A DNA stretch of 64,000 nt from Acetobacteraceae bacterium (GCA_963692975.2 CAXMMR010000027.1:40887-104886), one strand, 5' to 3'; counted from the first letter of the stretch, positions 36,788 to 50,930 are shown. The notes: generated by a model not told the origin, from the sequence alone. Numbers and translations are program-made.

Positions 36788-36996
36788 GGAAGGCCAGAGG
36801 CTCTGCCTCTGGACTCCGCTGGGGCCGTGAGGCCCCAGACCCCAAGCGTTTGGAGTTCAAGCCCGCTTCTTCCTTGCTTGGCAAAGCCATTCAAATCCTC
36901 TCCGACACTCCAAACTCACCGTTGGAACATCAATAACAAATGGATTTCAAAGGCTCCGCCTTTGATGGGGTCAAGGGGCAAAGCCCCTTGCCTTGC
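36788..36996. repeat. Family-A composite REP/MITE-like element (inverted orientation)
   Basis: GGAAGGCCAGAGGCTCTGCCTCTGGACTCCGCTGGGGCCGTGAGGCCCCAGACCCC...TTGGCAAAGCC...GGATTTCAAAGGCTCCGCCTTTGATGGGGTCAAGGGGCAAAGCCCCTTGCCTTGC. Confidence 0.9.
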
Positions 36997-37815
36997 CTAA
37001 ACCGCCGCCGCCTCGAACTGCCGGCGCTTGCGCTGCATCACCGTCCAAAACAGCTTGGTCGCAACGGCCGAGAGCCGTCCGCGCGGCGGCAGACCGACGG
37101 CCTTAAGGATCATGCCGATGCTGCGTTCGATGTGGCGCAGCCGGTAGAACCCCATCGCGCGGCTCATGTAGCCGGCGATCGAGCGCTTATGCTGGTAGGT
37201 GGCGCCGGCGGGTTCGTTGCTGACGTGGAAGGCGAAGGCGAGCTCGTCATCTTCGGTTTCGGTGATCCGTCCGGCGGCGATGCGCAGCCGCGACAGCATG
37301 CCGAGCTTCTCGCGCCCGAGGTATCGCTTCATGTGGTCGTAGAACAGCTTGAAGTGTCGGAACTCGTCGGCGGCGATGAGCCGGCAGATCTGCTCGAGCA
37401 CCGGCTCGCGGGTCGCGTCGGCCAGGGCGGAGTAGTAGCTGGAGGTGCCGGTCTCGACCATGCAGCGCGCGATCAGCTCGCCAGTGCGTGAGCCGCGGAT
37501 CGAGGTGTCGATATCAAGCGGCAGCTTGTAGCCGTCCTGATAGCGCCGGAAGCAATCGGCATAGTCCCAGCCCGGATCGGCGAGCATCGCCCAGCGGCCG
37601 AGCGCATCGCCGTGCTGCACCTCCTCGACCGCCCAGTTATCGGCCGCCTGCTTGAAGTCCGGATCGTCGTTGAAGACGTTCTTGAGGTAGACCGCGTAGT
37701 CGGTGCCGTTGCGCTCGACCATGGCGGCGGCTTTGACGAGCTTGATCTGGTCCGGATCGAGCTGCGTCGCGTCGAAGCTGTTCCAGGCAACGTCGTCGAT
37801 ACGCCAATGCTTCAT
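36997..37815 (-). CDS. Ferritin-like di-iron carboxylate protein (acyl-ACP-desaturase-like)
   Basis: It has two E...ExxH-type motifs: WAVEEVQHGD and IAADEFRHFKLF. Confidence 0.6.
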   Translation of the reverse strand: MKHWRIDDVAWNSFDATQLDPDQIKLVKAAAMVERNGTDYAVYLKNVFNDDPDFKQAADNWAVEEVQHGDALGRWAMLADPGWDYADCFRRYQDGYKLPLDIDTSIRGSRTGELIARCMVETGTSSYYSALADATREPVLEQICRLIAADEFRHFKLFYDHMKRYLGREKLGMLSRLRIAAGRITETEDDELAFAFHVSNEPAGATYQHKRSIAGYMSRAMGFYRLRHIERSIGMILKAVGLPPRGRLSAVATKLFWTVMQRKRRQFEAAAV

Positions 37816-38024
37816 CTACCTGCCTGTCCGCTACTGAGGATCGGCAATTATGACAGCCGCGGACAGGCGCCGGAAGGGGTGGCGCGCCCCTGTGGCCGCA
37901 GCGACACAGCGCATCGCTGCGCAAATGTAAGTGCCTCCAATGCATAGGCAGGTGCCCGCACAGCTGCTCAGTTGAGCCTCGTTATATCCAAAGAGATATT
38001 ACGTGACCTGTCAGGACCATCATC

Positions 38025-39041
38025 ATGCGCGCATCCATCGGGCTTTCGACATTGCTCTGCCTGCTGCCGCTGGCCGCCCAGGCCCAGAGCGCGAATGTCG
38101 GTGACATATCGGTCACGCCCGGCACGATCGCGCTGGCCGGTGGCGCCGACAGCAGCATGCCCGCGCCGCTGAACATGGCCCCGCCGCCAACTAGCGCCGC
38201 CGCGCCGCTGGCGGCCCAGGCGGCGCCGGTGCCGGATGACAGCGGCCTCGGCGGCTACTTCGCCAATTGGTTCAACCGGGTGGCGGTGGCGCAGGCGACC
38301 CAGCCGCACTGGATGACGCCGCTGGTGACGGTGACGCCACGGCTGGAGGAAGAGGTTCGCTACGACCAGTTCTGGGAAACCCGCGGCAACACCTCTACGC
38401 TGGACGTGTTCGACGGCGGCAAAGGTCTCGAGCTGATTCCGACGGAGACCAACGAGGTTCTGATCAATCCGCCCGCCTACCAGTACAAGCAACACACCGG
38501 GTCGCCAGCGAATGGCTGGCTGGACGACCAGTTTCTGGTGGTCAAGCAACGCCTGCTGAGCGCCAATGAGGAAAACGGTAACTACATCGTCACCGCCTTT
38601 CTCGGCGTGACCGCAGGGTCCGGCAACGAGGCTTTCACCAACAACACCTGGGTGGTCACGCCGACGCTCGCCGGCGGCAAGGGCTGGGGCGACTTCGATA
38701 TCCAGGCGACCGTCGGCGCGCCGCTGCCGCTGCAGCATCAGCACGAGATCGGCATCTCCATCGCCACCAACGTCGCCCTGCAGTATCACCTGCTGCGCTA
38801 TCTCTGGCCCGAGCTGGAGATGAACGACACCTGGTGGGTGGACGGCAAGCAGCGCGGCGGCAAGAACCAGGTGTTCCTGACGCCAGGCATCATCCTCGGG
38901 CGTTTCGAGATCTACAAGCGCGTGCGCTTCATCATCGGTGGCGGCTACCAGTCCGCCATCACGCCGAAATACGTCGTCACCTCGGAGCAGACGCCCGCCT
39001 ACAATCACGCCTGGATCCTGACCGCGCGCGTCGCCTTCTAG
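38025..39041 (+). CDS. Outer-membrane beta-barrel protein (putative porin/transport channel)
   Basis: Signal peptide MRASIGLSTLLCLLPLAAQAQS, alternating beta-strand pattern, and a C-terminal ...LTARVAF ending in an aromatic residue. Confidence 0.6.
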   Translation: MRASIGLSTLLCLLPLAAQAQSANVGDISVTPGTIALAGGADSSMPAPLNMAPPPTSAAAPLAAQAAPVPDDSGLGGYFANWFNRVAVAQATQPHWMTPLVTVTPRLEEEVRYDQFWETRGNTSTLDVFDGGKGLELIPTETNEVLINPPAYQYKQHTGSPANGWLDDQFLVVKQRLLSANEENGNYIVTAFLGVTAGSGNEAFTNNTWVVTPTLAGGKGWGDFDIQATVGAPLPLQHQHEIGISIATNVALQYHLLRYLWPELEMNDTWWVDGKQRGGKNQVFLTPGIILGRFEIYKRVRFIIGGGYQSAITPKYVVTSEQTPAYNHAWILTARVAF

Positions 39042-39132
39042 ACACCATCCGGCCTGCGCCGGCCGGACGCTTCAGCTCGCTCCCATTCGGCGTTATCGTC
39101 GCGGCCGGCTTGATCACGGAGCGCCGACCGGC

Positions 39133-39510
39133 ATGCGCAGTCCAACTTCGAAGCTCCGCCACCCCGAGCGCGCCGGGCTGCATCTTCGCGTGGTGCTGGA
39201 GCAGGGCGTGGCAGTCGGCCCAGGACGCGCCGACCTACTCGAGGGCATTCAGGAGCTCGGCAGCATCGCCGCCGCCGGCCGCGCGATGGGGATGAGCTAC
39301 CGCCGCGCCTGGCTGCTGGTGGAGGATACCCGTGCAGCCTTCGGCGCGCCCATCGTGGTCGCCCGGCCGGGCGGGGTCGCAGGCGGTCACGCGGAGCTGA
39401 CGGAGCTCGGCGCCGCCGTGGTGGCGCTCTATCGATCGATCGAGATCAAAGCAGCAAACGCGGTCAGCAGCGAGCTGACGGCGCTGCAGCAGCTCCGCCG
39501 GACCGGCTAG
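39133..39510 (+). CDS. ModE-N-terminal-like winged-helix transcriptional regulator
   Basis: GPGRADLLEGIQELGSIAAAGRAMGMSYRRAWLLVEDT resembles the ModE/LysR-type HTH. It has no Mop domains. Confidence 0.6.
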   Translation: MRSPTSKLRHPERAGLHLRVVLEQGVAVGPGRADLLEGIQELGSIAAAGRAMGMSYRRAWLLVEDTRAAFGAPIVVARPGGVAGGHAELTELGAAVVALYRSIEIKAANAVSSELTALQQLRRTG

Positions 39511-39914
39511 GCCGCTCCGGCAGCCTCCACCTCGGCCCTGGCCGACTGCAGCGCGTCCATGCTGGCGTCGATCGCGTCCACATTCATCTTGTCGGCGTCG
39601 TCATAGGCCTTCTGCGCCGCCGCCAGCCGCTGCTCGGCCGCCGCACGGCTGAGCTCGCCCACCGGCACGGCCGTGTCGGCGAGAATGGTGCAGCGCTCCG
39701 GCGTTAGCTCGGCAAATCCGCCGGCGACAAAGAAGCGGTCGGTCACACGGCCGCCCTCGTGCAATGCAATCACGCCGCCACGCAGCGTCGTGATCATCGG
39801 CGCGTGGTTCTCCATCGCCGCCAGGTCGCCCTCGCTGGCCGGCATCACCACCATGTCGACGGCACGCGACAGCAGCAGGCGCTCAGGGCTGACGATCTCG
39901 ACTTCTACGGGCAT
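39507..39914 (-). CDS. atpC: F0F1 ATP synthase subunit epsilon
   Basis: MPVEVEIVSPERLLLSRAVDMVVMPASEGDLAAMENHAPMITTLRGGVI is epsilon-like. It lies downstream of atpD. Confidence 0.9.
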   Translation of the reverse strand: MPVEVEIVSPERLLLSRAVDMVVMPASEGDLAAMENHAPMITTLRGGVIALHEGGRVTDRFFVAGGFAELTPERCTILADTAVPVGELSRAAAEQRLAAAQKAYDDADKMNVDAIDASMDALQSARAEVEAAGAA

Positions 39915-39931
39915 GTTGGTCCTCAAGAAGA

Positions 39932-40030
39932 GGTTCTTTTTTGAAAAAAAGAACCAAAAAACTTTTTTTCGATAAAAGTAATAGCTAGTCTGATAGAGGT
40001 TTTTTGCTTCTTTTTTGCAAAAAAGAAGCG
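39932..40030. repeat. Family-B AT-rich palindromic MITE-like element in the atpD-atpC spacer
   Basis: GGTTCTTTTTTGAAAAAAAGAACCAAAAAACTTTTT...GAGGTTTTTTGCTTCTTTTTTGCAAAAAAGAAGC. Confidence 0.9.
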
Positions 40031-40040
40031 CTCGCTTCCT

Positions 40041-42390
<2,350 letters not shown>

Positions 42391-43929
42391 TTACGCCACG
42401 AACCGCTTGGTGAAGCCGTCGAGGAAGCCGGCGAGCTTGCTCTCCGTCTCCTTCTTCAGCTCGCGATCGTTGCGTATGCTCTCCAGGATCGACGGCTCGG
42501 ACGACTTCATCTCCGACAGCAGCGCGTGCTCGTAACGCCCCACCTTGCCGACGTCCACGCGGTCGAGATAGCCACGTGTGCCGGCGAAGATCACCACCAC
42601 CTGGTCTTCGACCGGATAGGGCGTGAACTGCGGCTGTTTGAGCAGCTCGGTGAGCCGCGAGCCGCGCGCCAGCAACTGCTGGGTCGAGGCGTCGAGGTCC
42701 GAGGAAAACTGCGAGAATGCCTGCATCTCGCGATACTGCGCGAGGTCCAGCTTGATCTTGCCGGCCACCTGCTTCATCGCCTTGATCTGCGCCGCCGAGC
42801 CCACGCGCGAAACCGACAAACCGACATTCACCGCCGGGCGAATGCCGCGGAAGAACAGTTCCGTCTCCAGAAAGATCTGGCCGTCGGTAATCGAGATGAC
42901 GTTCGTCGGAATATAGGCCGAGACGTCGCCCGCCTGCGTCTCGATCACCGGCAGCGCGGTGAGCGAGCCGGCGCCATGCGCGTCCGACATCTTCGCCGCC
43001 CGCTCGAGCAGGCGCGAGTGCAGGTAGAACACGTCGCCGGGATACGCCTCGCGGCCGGGCGGCCGGCGCAGCAGCAGCGACATCTGGCGATAGGCCACCG
43101 CCTGCTTGGACAGGTCGTCATAGACGATCAGCGCATGGGTGCCGCTGTCACGGAAGAACTCGCCCATCGTGCAGCCGGTGTACGGCGCGAGGAACTGCAT
43201 CGGCGCCGGGTCCGACGCGGTCGCAGCGACGACGATGGAGTATTCCATCGCGCCGTTCTCCTCCAGCGTCCGCACGATCTGTGCGACAGTGGAACGCTTC
43301 TGCCCGATCGCGACGTAGATCGTGTAGAGCTTCTTGCTCTCGTCCGTGCCGGCGTTGATTGTCTTCTGGTTAATGATGGTGTCGATCAGCACCGCGGTCT
43401 TGCCGGTCTGCCGATCGCCAATCACGAGCTCCCGCTGGCCCCGCCCGATTGGGATCAGCGCGTCGATCGCCTTGATGCCCGTCTGCATCGGCTCATGCAC
43501 CGACTTGCGCGGCACGATGCCCGGCGCCTTCACCTCGACGCGCGTGCGCTTCACGTCGGTGAGCGGCCCCTTGCCGTCGATCGGGTTGCCCAGCCCGTCG
43601 ACCACCCGGCCGAGCAGCCCGCGCCCGACAGGGACGTCGACGATCGAGCCGGTGCGGTTGACGGTGTCGCCCTCGCGGATCTGCGTGTCGTCGCCGAACA
43701 CCACGATGCCGACATTGTCGGTCTCGAGGTTGAGCGCCATCCCGCGCACCCCGGCGCCGGGGAACTCCACCATCTCGCCGGCCATCACGTTCTGCAGGCC
43801 GAAGACGCGCGCGATTCCGTCGCCGACGCTGAGCACCTGCCCGGTCTCGGAGACGTTCGCCGCGGTGTCGAACGAGGCGATCTGCTGCTTGAGGATCTCG
43901 GAAATTTCGGCGGGACGGATTTCCATCAC
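42391..43929 (-). CDS. atpA: F0F1 ATP synthase subunit alpha
   Basis: It has [18 protein letters not shown] (P-loop) and ...[23 protein letters not shown]. Confidence 0.97.
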   Translation of the reverse strand: MMEIRPAEISEILKQQIASFDTAANVSETGQVLSVGDGIARVFGLQNVMAGEMVEFPGAGVRGMALNLETDNVGIVVFGDDTQIREGDTVNRTGSIVDVPVGRGLLGRVVDGLGNPIDGKGPLTDVKRTRVEVKAPGIVPRKSVHEPMQTGIKAIDALIPIGRGQRELVIGDRQTGKTAVLIDTIINQKTINAGTDESKKLYTIYVAIGQKRSTVAQIVRTLEENGAMEYSIVVAATASDPAPMQFLAPYTGCTMGEFFRDSGTHALIVYDDLSKQAVAYRQMSLLLRRPPGREAYPGDVFYLHSRLLERAAKMSDAHGAGSLTALPVIETQAGDVSAYIPTNVISITDGQIFLETELFFRGIRPAVNVGLSVSRVGSAAQIKAMKQVAGKIKLDLAQYREMQAFSQFSSDLDASTQQLLARGSRLTELLKQPQFTPYPVEDQVVVIFAGTRGYLDRVDVGKVGRYEHALLSEMKSSEPSILESIRNDRELKKETESKLAGFLDGFTKRFVA

Positions 43930-44495
43930 GCGGCTCCCTTCATGGCGTATTGCAGGCGCTGCAGACGGGATTTGATCGAACTGTCGAATAGCCGCGCGCC
44001 GATGCGCACGACCAGGCCGCCGAGCAGCGACGGATCGACCTGCTCCTCGATGTCGACCTTGCCGTAGCCGGCCTCGATCAGCCGCGCGCGGAGCTGCTCG
44101 CGCTGCACCGCCGAGAGCGGATGCGCCGTGACGACCTTCGCCACCACGACGCCGCGCTTCTGCGCCGCCAGGCTCGCAAACGCCGCGACGATCTCGCGCA
44201 AGGCCGGCAGCCGGCGGTTATTGACAATGACGCCGACGAAGTCCTGCACCAGCTTGCCGAAGCCCTGGCTGGCCAGGATGTCGCTCAGTGCCGCACGCGC
44301 CTGGTTGATGTCCACCAGCGGGCTGCCCAGCAGCCGGCGAAGCGGCGCGCTCTCGTCGATCAGCCGCCCCAAAGCCGCGACCTGCTCCACCGTGCGGTCG
44401 AGGTCGCGATGGTCGTCGGCCAGTGAATACAGCGCTGCCGCGTAGCGATCCGTCAGGCCGCCGCCGGAAGAAATCGTCGAGCCGCCAGAGGCCAC
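43926..44495 (-). CDS. atpH: F0F1 ATP synthase subunit delta (OSCP)
   Basis: [31 protein letters not shown]...[22 protein letters not shown] is delta-like. It has an ATGA overlap with atpA. Confidence 0.9.
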   Translation of the reverse strand: MASGGSTISSGGGLTDRYAAALYSLADDHRDLDRTVEQVAALGRLIDESAPLRRLLGSPLVDINQARAALSDILASQGFGKLVQDFVGVIVNNRRLPALREIVAAFASLAAQKRGVVVAKVVTAHPLSAVQREQLRARLIEAGYGKVDIEEQVDPSLLGGLVVRIGARLFDSSIKSRLQRLQYAMKGAA

Positions 44496-44575
44496 TGGAT
44501 CAGGGTTCCGTTGCAGGGTGGATCGGTTGTAACCGGCGCGCCGCGTCTAGCATTGGAGGGGGCCGGAGGCAACAC

Positions 44576-44705
44576 AAGGGCGAGGCTTTGCCTCGCGCTC
44601 CACCAGGGGGACGAGCCATCCCCCTGGACCCCGGCATCACCTAACTAGCGGGATCCAAGGGCCTCCCGGCCCTTGGTGGGTCAAGGGCAAAGCCCTTGCC
44701 TCGCC
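44576..44705. repeat. Family-A-related REP-like element (divergent short variant)
   Basis: AAGGGCGAGGCTTTGCCTCGC...CCAGGGGGACGAGCCATCCCCCTGGACCCC...CCAAGGGCCTCCCGGCCCTTGG..GGTCAAGGGCAAAGCCCTTGCCTCGCC. Confidence 0.7.
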
Positions 44706-47090
44706 TCATAGAAACGAAACCGGGTCCACGTCCACGTCCACCCGCACCCCCCGCCTCGTTTCCACCGCCGCCAGCCAAGCCCGCAGCAGCGGCTGCACCG
44801 CAACGTCGCGCCGCGTCTTGAGCAGCAGCCGCCGCCGGTGCCGCCCGCGCAGGATGGCGAGCGGCGCCGGCGCCGGGCCGAGCACGCTCACCCCCTCGCC
44901 ATACGGCGCCGCCCGGCCGAGGTCGCGCGCCGCCGCATCGGCCGAGGCGGCGTCGTCGGCGCTGACGATCAGCGCCGCGAGCCGGCCGTAGGGCGGCCAG
45001 TGCCCGGGCCGCCGCGCCTCGGACTCGCGCGCCATGAAGGTCGGCAGGTCGCCCGCGACCAGCGCCTGCATCACCGGATGCTCGGGCGAGAAGGTCTGCA
45101 GCAGCACCTGCCCCGGCGCCTCCGCCCGCCCCGCCCGCCCGGCGACCTGGTGCAGCAGCTGCACCGTGCGCTCGGCCGCCCGCAAGTCGCCGCCGGCAAG
45201 CCCCAGATCGGCATCGACCACGCCGACCAGGGTGAGGTGCGGGAAGTGCCAGCCCTTGGCGACGATCTGGGTGCCGATGATGAGGTCGACTTCGCGCCGC
45301 GCGATCGCCTGGCCGGCCAGTCCCGCGGCGTGCGGCCCCGGCATGGTGTCGGACGCCATCACCAGGGTGCGCGCGTCCGGGAACAGCGCGGCGGCCTCCT
45401 CGCTGATCCGCTCGACGCCGGGGCCGACCGGCACGAAGCTCGCCTCGGCCGAGCAGTGCGGGCAGACCGGCGGCACCGGCTCCTGATGGCCGCAATGATG
45501 GCAGGCGAGAACCCGCCGGGCGCGATGCTCGACCAGCCAGGCGGTGCAGTTCGGGCATTGCAGCCGGTGGCCGCAGGCGCGGCACAGGGTCAGCGGCGCG
45601 TAGCCGCGGCGATTGAGGAACAGCATCGCCTGCTCGCCGCGCGCCAGCGTCTCCTGCACCGCCTGCACCAGCACGGGGCTGAGAAACCGGCCGCGCTCCG
45701 GCGGATGGCCGCGCAGGTCGATCGCGGCGACGCTCGGCAGGCTCGCCCCGCCATGCCGGGCGGCGAGCGTCAGGCGCGTGTAGCGCCCCGCCTCGACATT
45801 GGCGATCGTCTCCAGGCTGGGCGTAGCGGAGACCAGCACGCACGCCGCCTCGGCCAGCCGCGCCCGCACCACCGCCATGTCGCGGGCATGGTAGTTGACC
45901 CCGTCCTCCTGCTTGAACGCCGTCTCGTGCTCCTCGTCGACGATGACGAGCCCGAGGTCGGGGAACGGCAGGAACAGCGCCGAGCGGGCGCCGACCAGCA
46001 CCCGCGCCGAGCCGTCGGCAACGGCGCGCCAGGTGATCCGCCGCGTGCGCGAGGACAAGTCGGAGTGCCAGACCGCCGGCGCGGTGCCGAACCGCTCGAC
46101 GAAGCGCTCGAGCCACTGGGTGGAGAGCGCGATCTCCGGCAGCAGCACCAGCGCCTGGCGCCCGGCCGCCAGGCACTCGGCGACCGCCTCCAGGTAGCAC
46201 TCGGTCTTGCCCGAGCCGGTGACGCCGTCGAGCAGGCTGACCGAGAAGCGCTGCGCCGCGGTCGCCGAGCGCAGCGCCGCCGCCGCCGCCGCCTGCGCCG
46301 GCGAGAGCGTCGGTCCGGGATGCTCGGGATCCGGGTCGCTGAACGGCGCCGCGACCGGCAGCGCGGTCGCCAGCAGCAGCCCGGCATCGGCCATGGCGCG
46401 CACCACGGCGACCGACGTGCCGGCCGCCCGGGCGAGTTCGCCGGAGGATTGCGGCGCCTGGGCGGTCAGGGCCGCGATCACCCGCCGTCGCGGCTCGGTG
46501 AGACGCACGCCCCCTGCCTGCTCGCCCATGCCCGACGCGTCTGGCGACGCCAGGCTCCAGCCCGGCGCCGGCGCCGGCGGCCGCAGCGCGTTGACCCGCA
46601 GCGCCATCGCCAGCACCTCGCCCGGCATCGCCAGCGTGTAGCCGGCAACCCAATCGACGAAGCGCCGCAGCGACGCCGGCAGCGGTTCGGCGGCGATCAG
46701 CGCCGTGATCGGCCGCAGCCGGTTGTCGCCCACCTCACGCAGGCCAAACGGCGCCTCGCTGCCCGGGTCCGGCCGCGACTCCGGCGGCGTTTGGGGCCGC
46801 GCCTCGGCCGCGTCGCGCCCCGCCTCGCCCCCTCCTTGGCGAGGATCCCACACGACGCCGACCTCCTCGCGACGGTTGAGCGGCACCAGCACGAGGTCGC
46901 CGGGCGAAACCTTCATGCCCTCCGGCACCGCGTAGTCGAGCGGCCCGGCGAACGGGTAGGGCAGCAGCACGGCGATCCGGCGCCGGCCCGGCGCAGGGCC
47001 AAGCTCCTCGCGCGGGACCGTTTCAAGCAGGTCGGGCGCGTGTATCCTGCGTGCGTGGTCCCGGCGTGCGGGCGGACCCATGGTGTGCAT
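44706..47090 (-). CDS. priA: Primosomal protein N' (replication restart helicase PriA)
   Basis: It has [18 protein letters not shown] (Walker A), ...VIVDEEHE..., Cys-rich zinc motifs ([17 protein letters not shown]...CHHCGH...CPHC) and ...[15 protein letters not shown]. Confidence 0.9.
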   Translation of the reverse strand: MHTMGPPARRDHARRIHAPDLLETVPREELGPAPGRRRIAVLLPYPFAGPLDYAVPEGMKVSPGDLVLVPLNRREEVGVVWDPRQGGGEAGRDAAEARPQTPPESRPDPGSEAPFGLREVGDNRLRPITALIAAEPLPASLRRFVDWVAGYTLAMPGEVLAMALRVNALRPPAPAPGWSLASPDASGMGEQAGGVRLTEPRRRVIAALTAQAPQSSGELARAAGTSVAVVRAMADAGLLLATALPVAAPFSDPDPEHPGPTLSPAQAAAAAALRSATAAQRFSVSLLDGVTGSGKTECYLEAVAECLAAGRQALVLLPEIALSTQWLERFVERFGTAPAVWHSDLSSRTRRITWRAVADGSARVLVGARSALFLPFPDLGLVIVDEEHETAFKQEDGVNYHARDMAVVRARLAEAACVLVSATPSLETIANVEAGRYTRLTLAARHGGASLPSVAAIDLRGHPPERGRFLSPVLVQAVQETLARGEQAMLFLNRRGYAPLTLCRACGHRLQCPNCTAWLVEHRARRVLACHHCGHQEPVPPVCPHCSAEASFVPVGPGVERISEEAAALFPDARTLVMASDTMPGPHAAGLAGQAIARREVDLIIGTQIVAKGWHFPHLTLVGVVDADLGLAGGDLRAAERTVQLLHQVAGRAGRAEAPGQVLLQTFSPEHPVMQALVAGDLPTFMARESEARRPGHWPPYGRLAALIVSADDAASADAAARDLGRAAPYGEGVSVLGPAPAPLAILRGRHRRRLLLKTRRDVAVQPLLRAWLAAVETRRGVRVDVDVDPVSFL

Positions 47091-47174
47091 GTCGATGAGG
47101 ATCAGGGGTTCGCAGCTGTTGGGCTCGGAACATCAGGCCGTGGCGCCGCCTCAGCAACCCCATGCGGCCACGTC

Positions 47175-47963
47175 ATGACCGACGAGCCGGCCGCCGACCT
47201 GCCCGCCGACGGGCCAGCCGGCCCGATCACCGATGCGGCGCTCGACACCCTGCTGCGCGCCCGGCCAGGCTTCCTCGCCGGCCGGCCGGAGCTCTACGCC
47301 GTGCTGCAGCCGCCGCGCCGGGTGCATGGCGAGCGCCTGGCCGACCACATGGCGGCGATGCTCACCGCCGCCCGCGAGGCCGTCCGGCTCGCCGAGCAGC
47401 GCACCGAGGCGGTGCTGGCCGCCGGCCGCGCCGCAACGTCGCTCGCCGAGCGCGTCCAAGGCGCGGTGCTGGCGCTGCTCGCCGCCGCCGACCCGCTCGA
47501 CTGCGTGGCGGCCGAGCTGCCTGCCCTGCTCGGCGTCGACGCGGCCTCGCTCTGCATCGAGCCCCGCCGCCGCGGTCCCGCCGGCGACCTCGCCGGCCAG
47601 CGTGCTACCGTCGGCGGCCTTGCCGGCCAGCGCGCCGACATCCGCACCCTGCCGCCCGGCGCCGTCGCCGCCCTGCTCGGCGGCCGCGACGTGGTGCTGC
47701 GCGACCAGCCCGCCGATGCCGGGCTGCTGCACGCCGAAGCGGCGATGCTGGCGACGCGCGACGCGCTGATCCGGGTGCCCTGCCCCCCCGGCGCGCTGCT
47801 CGCCGGCGCCCCCGGCGCGCTGCTGGCCGACGCCCCAGGCGTCCTGCTTGCATTGGTCAGCCGCGACGAGCGGGCGCTCGCGCCGAGCCAGGGCGTCGGC
47901 AGCCTCGCCTTTCTCGGCCGCGTACTGGCGCTGCTGCTGACCCGCCCGGCAACGCCGGCTTGA
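47175..47963 (+). CDS. DUF484-family protein
   Basis: ATG at 47175. It reads ITDAALDTLLRARPGFLAGRPELYAVL... and lies immediately upstream of xerC, the usual DUF484 position. It contains in-frame imperfect duplications. Confidence 0.65.
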   Translation: MTDEPAADLPADGPAGPITDAALDTLLRARPGFLAGRPELYAVLQPPRRVHGERLADHMAAMLTAAREAVRLAEQRTEAVLAAGRAATSLAERVQGAVLALLAAADPLDCVAAELPALLGVDAASLCIEPRRRGPAGDLAGQRATVGGLAGQRADIRTLPPGAVAALLGGRDVVLRDQPADAGLLHAEAAMLATRDALIRVPCPPGALLAGAPGALLADAPGVLLALVSRDERALAPSQGVGSLAFLGRVLALLLTRPATPA

Positions 47964-47971
47964 CGCAGGTG

Positions 47972-49969
<1,998 letters not shown>

Positions 49970-50010
49970 AAATCACCGCCGCCTGGCCCAGCTTGCGGCT
50001 TCAACCAACT

Positions 50011-50024
50011 GAAAGGAGGTGATC
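50011..50024 (+). promoter_or_regulatory. Extended Shine-Dalgarno-like sequence AAAGGAGGTGATCC
   Basis: This 14-nt run is, from memory, the reverse complement of the conserved 16S rRNA 3' end (GGATCACCTCCTTT). It lies 1 nt upstream of an in-frame GTG at 50026. Confidence 0.5.
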
Positions 50025-50025
50025 C

Positions 50026-50097
50026 AGTGTCTCATTGTTCACTGCATGCGCACTGCGCCGTGACCTGGACTGCCGACGCGAGGCTCGCGACGGCCTG
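50026..50097 (+). CDS. Candidate 23-codon small ORF (MSHCSLHAHCAVTWTADARLATA)
   Basis: GTG start right after the very strong SD-like run, stop TGA at 50095..50097, and an intrinsic terminator about 45 nt downstream. There is no homology evidence. Confidence 0.3.
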
Positions 50098-50140
50098 ACG
50101 CTCCTCGTCTGGCGGCGCAACTGCGCTCACGGACAATGGA

Positions 50141-50175
50141 AGGCCCCGGGAGGACGCTCCCGGGGCCTTTTTGTT
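50141..50175 (+). terminator. Rho-independent terminator
   Basis: GGCCCCGGGA-GGACGC-TCCCGGGGCC (10-bp GC stem) is followed by TTTTTGTTT. Confidence 0.75.
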
Positions 50176-50179
50176 TGGA

Positions 50180-50235
50180 GAAAGGCCAGAGACGCCGCCT
50201 CTAGCCTCCGCCGGGGCCTGAAGCCCCGGGACCCC
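50180..50235. repeat. Degenerate family-A-like half-element
   Basis: AAAGGCCAGAGACGCCGCCTCTAGCCTCCGCCGGGGCCTGAAGCCCCGGGACCCCC. Confidence 0.5.
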
Positions 50236-50243
50236 CGCCTCGC

Positions 50244-50867
50244 TTAAATGCCGCCGCCCCGTGTGGTCGTCGTGTTCGGGATCGCCGTCTCGCCAAGCGC
50301 CGGATCAGCCGGCTGCACCGTCGTGTCATCGAAACGGCTCCAGCCCGTCGCCTGGTAGTCGCTTCGGCGCGCCGCCGTGTCGATCGAGTTCACATGCAGC
50401 GTCTGGTCGATCATAGCGGCGTTCGACTCGTCGGCCCGCACCGTCACCAGCGTGCCGCCGCGGCGGACGCTCTCGGCGTAGACATGCGCGTCGTCCTCGC
50501 TGACGCCGGCACCGGTCAACGAGCCGACGAGGCCGCCGGCACCGCCACCGACAGCAGCACCCACACCGGCGCCGGTCAACGTCGCGATCAGCCAGCCGGC
50601 CGCAACGACCGGGCCGACGCCCGGGATCGCCAGCGAGCCGAGCCCGGCGAGCAACCCGGCGCCACCGCCGAGCACGGTGCCGATGGTCGCCCCGGTGCCC
50701 GCGGCCGGCGCCGCCTCACCCGTGGTGTCAGCCGCCGTGCCGGTCGCCGGATGGCCGCCGATCAGGCTGATGTCGTCATGCGGAACGCCGGCCGCCTCAA
50801 GCCGCGTCACGGCCGCGGCGGCATCGGCATGGTTATCATAAAGACGTGTGATGGTACGCGTTGCCAT
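50244..50867 (-). CDS. General-stress-protein-like membrane protein (YflT/GSP17M-like N-domain plus glycine-zipper segment)
   Basis: It has ITRLYDNHADAAAAVTRLEAAGVPHDDISLIG, a Gly-rich TM region (GGGAGLLAGLGSLAIPGVGPVVAAGWL...) and then EDDAHVYAESVRRGGTLVTVRAD. Confidence 0.6.
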   Translation of the reverse strand: MATRTITRLYDNHADAAAAVTRLEAAGVPHDDISLIGGHPATGTAADTTGEAAPAAGTGATIGTVLGGGAGLLAGLGSLAIPGVGPVVAAGWLIATLTGAGVGAAVGGGAGGLVGSLTGAGVSEDDAHVYAESVRRGGTLVTVRADESNAAMIDQTLHVNSIDTAARRSDYQATGWSRFDDTTVQPADPALGETAIPNTTTTRGGGI

Positions 50868-50930
50868 AGGAATGAACTCCGGTTGGGTGGCCGCCTGAAC
50901 AGCGGGCCGAGTGCGGCGGAGGCGAGCGGC

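Noticed and set aside
36940-37491. ORFs beginning [13 protein letters not shown]..., with analogous starts at 8918 (-), 14872 (+) and 16225 (-)
   Set aside because: The shared N-terminal peptide is encoded by the family-A repeat hairpin (GGATTTCAAAGGCTCCGCCTTTGATGGGG). Its recurrence reflects DNA repeats, not a protein family.
37822-37866. Inverted repeat CCTGTCCGC ... GCGGACAGG upstream of the di-iron protein gene as an operator
   Set aside because: It is a single 9-bp inverted repeat with a 27-nt spacer in GC-rich DNA. It could arise by chance, and there is no supporting second site or nearby cognate regulator.
39049-39066. GC hairpin CCGGCC-TGCG-CCGGCCGG after the outer-membrane protein gene as a terminator
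   Set aside because: The stem is short and imperfect with no following T-run. That is not enough to call an intrinsic terminator.
44838-47174. Upstream 779 codons of the + strand ORF 44838..47963
   Set aside because: This part is antisense to priA and Arg/Pro-rich. Only the last part, from the ATG at 47175, looks like a real protein (DUF484).
50011-50024. Fragment of a 16S rRNA gene (the sequence is the complement of the 16S 3' end)
   Set aside because: Only 14 nt match, and the surrounding sequence has no rRNA-like features. I interpret it as an SD-like run and report it as a finding.
50035-50247. 70-aa + strand ORF downstream of pip
   Set aside because: It reads through the intrinsic terminator hairpin and a degenerate repeat element. 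It is Arg-rich, has no RBS, and the 23-codon frame with the strong SD is the better (still weak) candidate.
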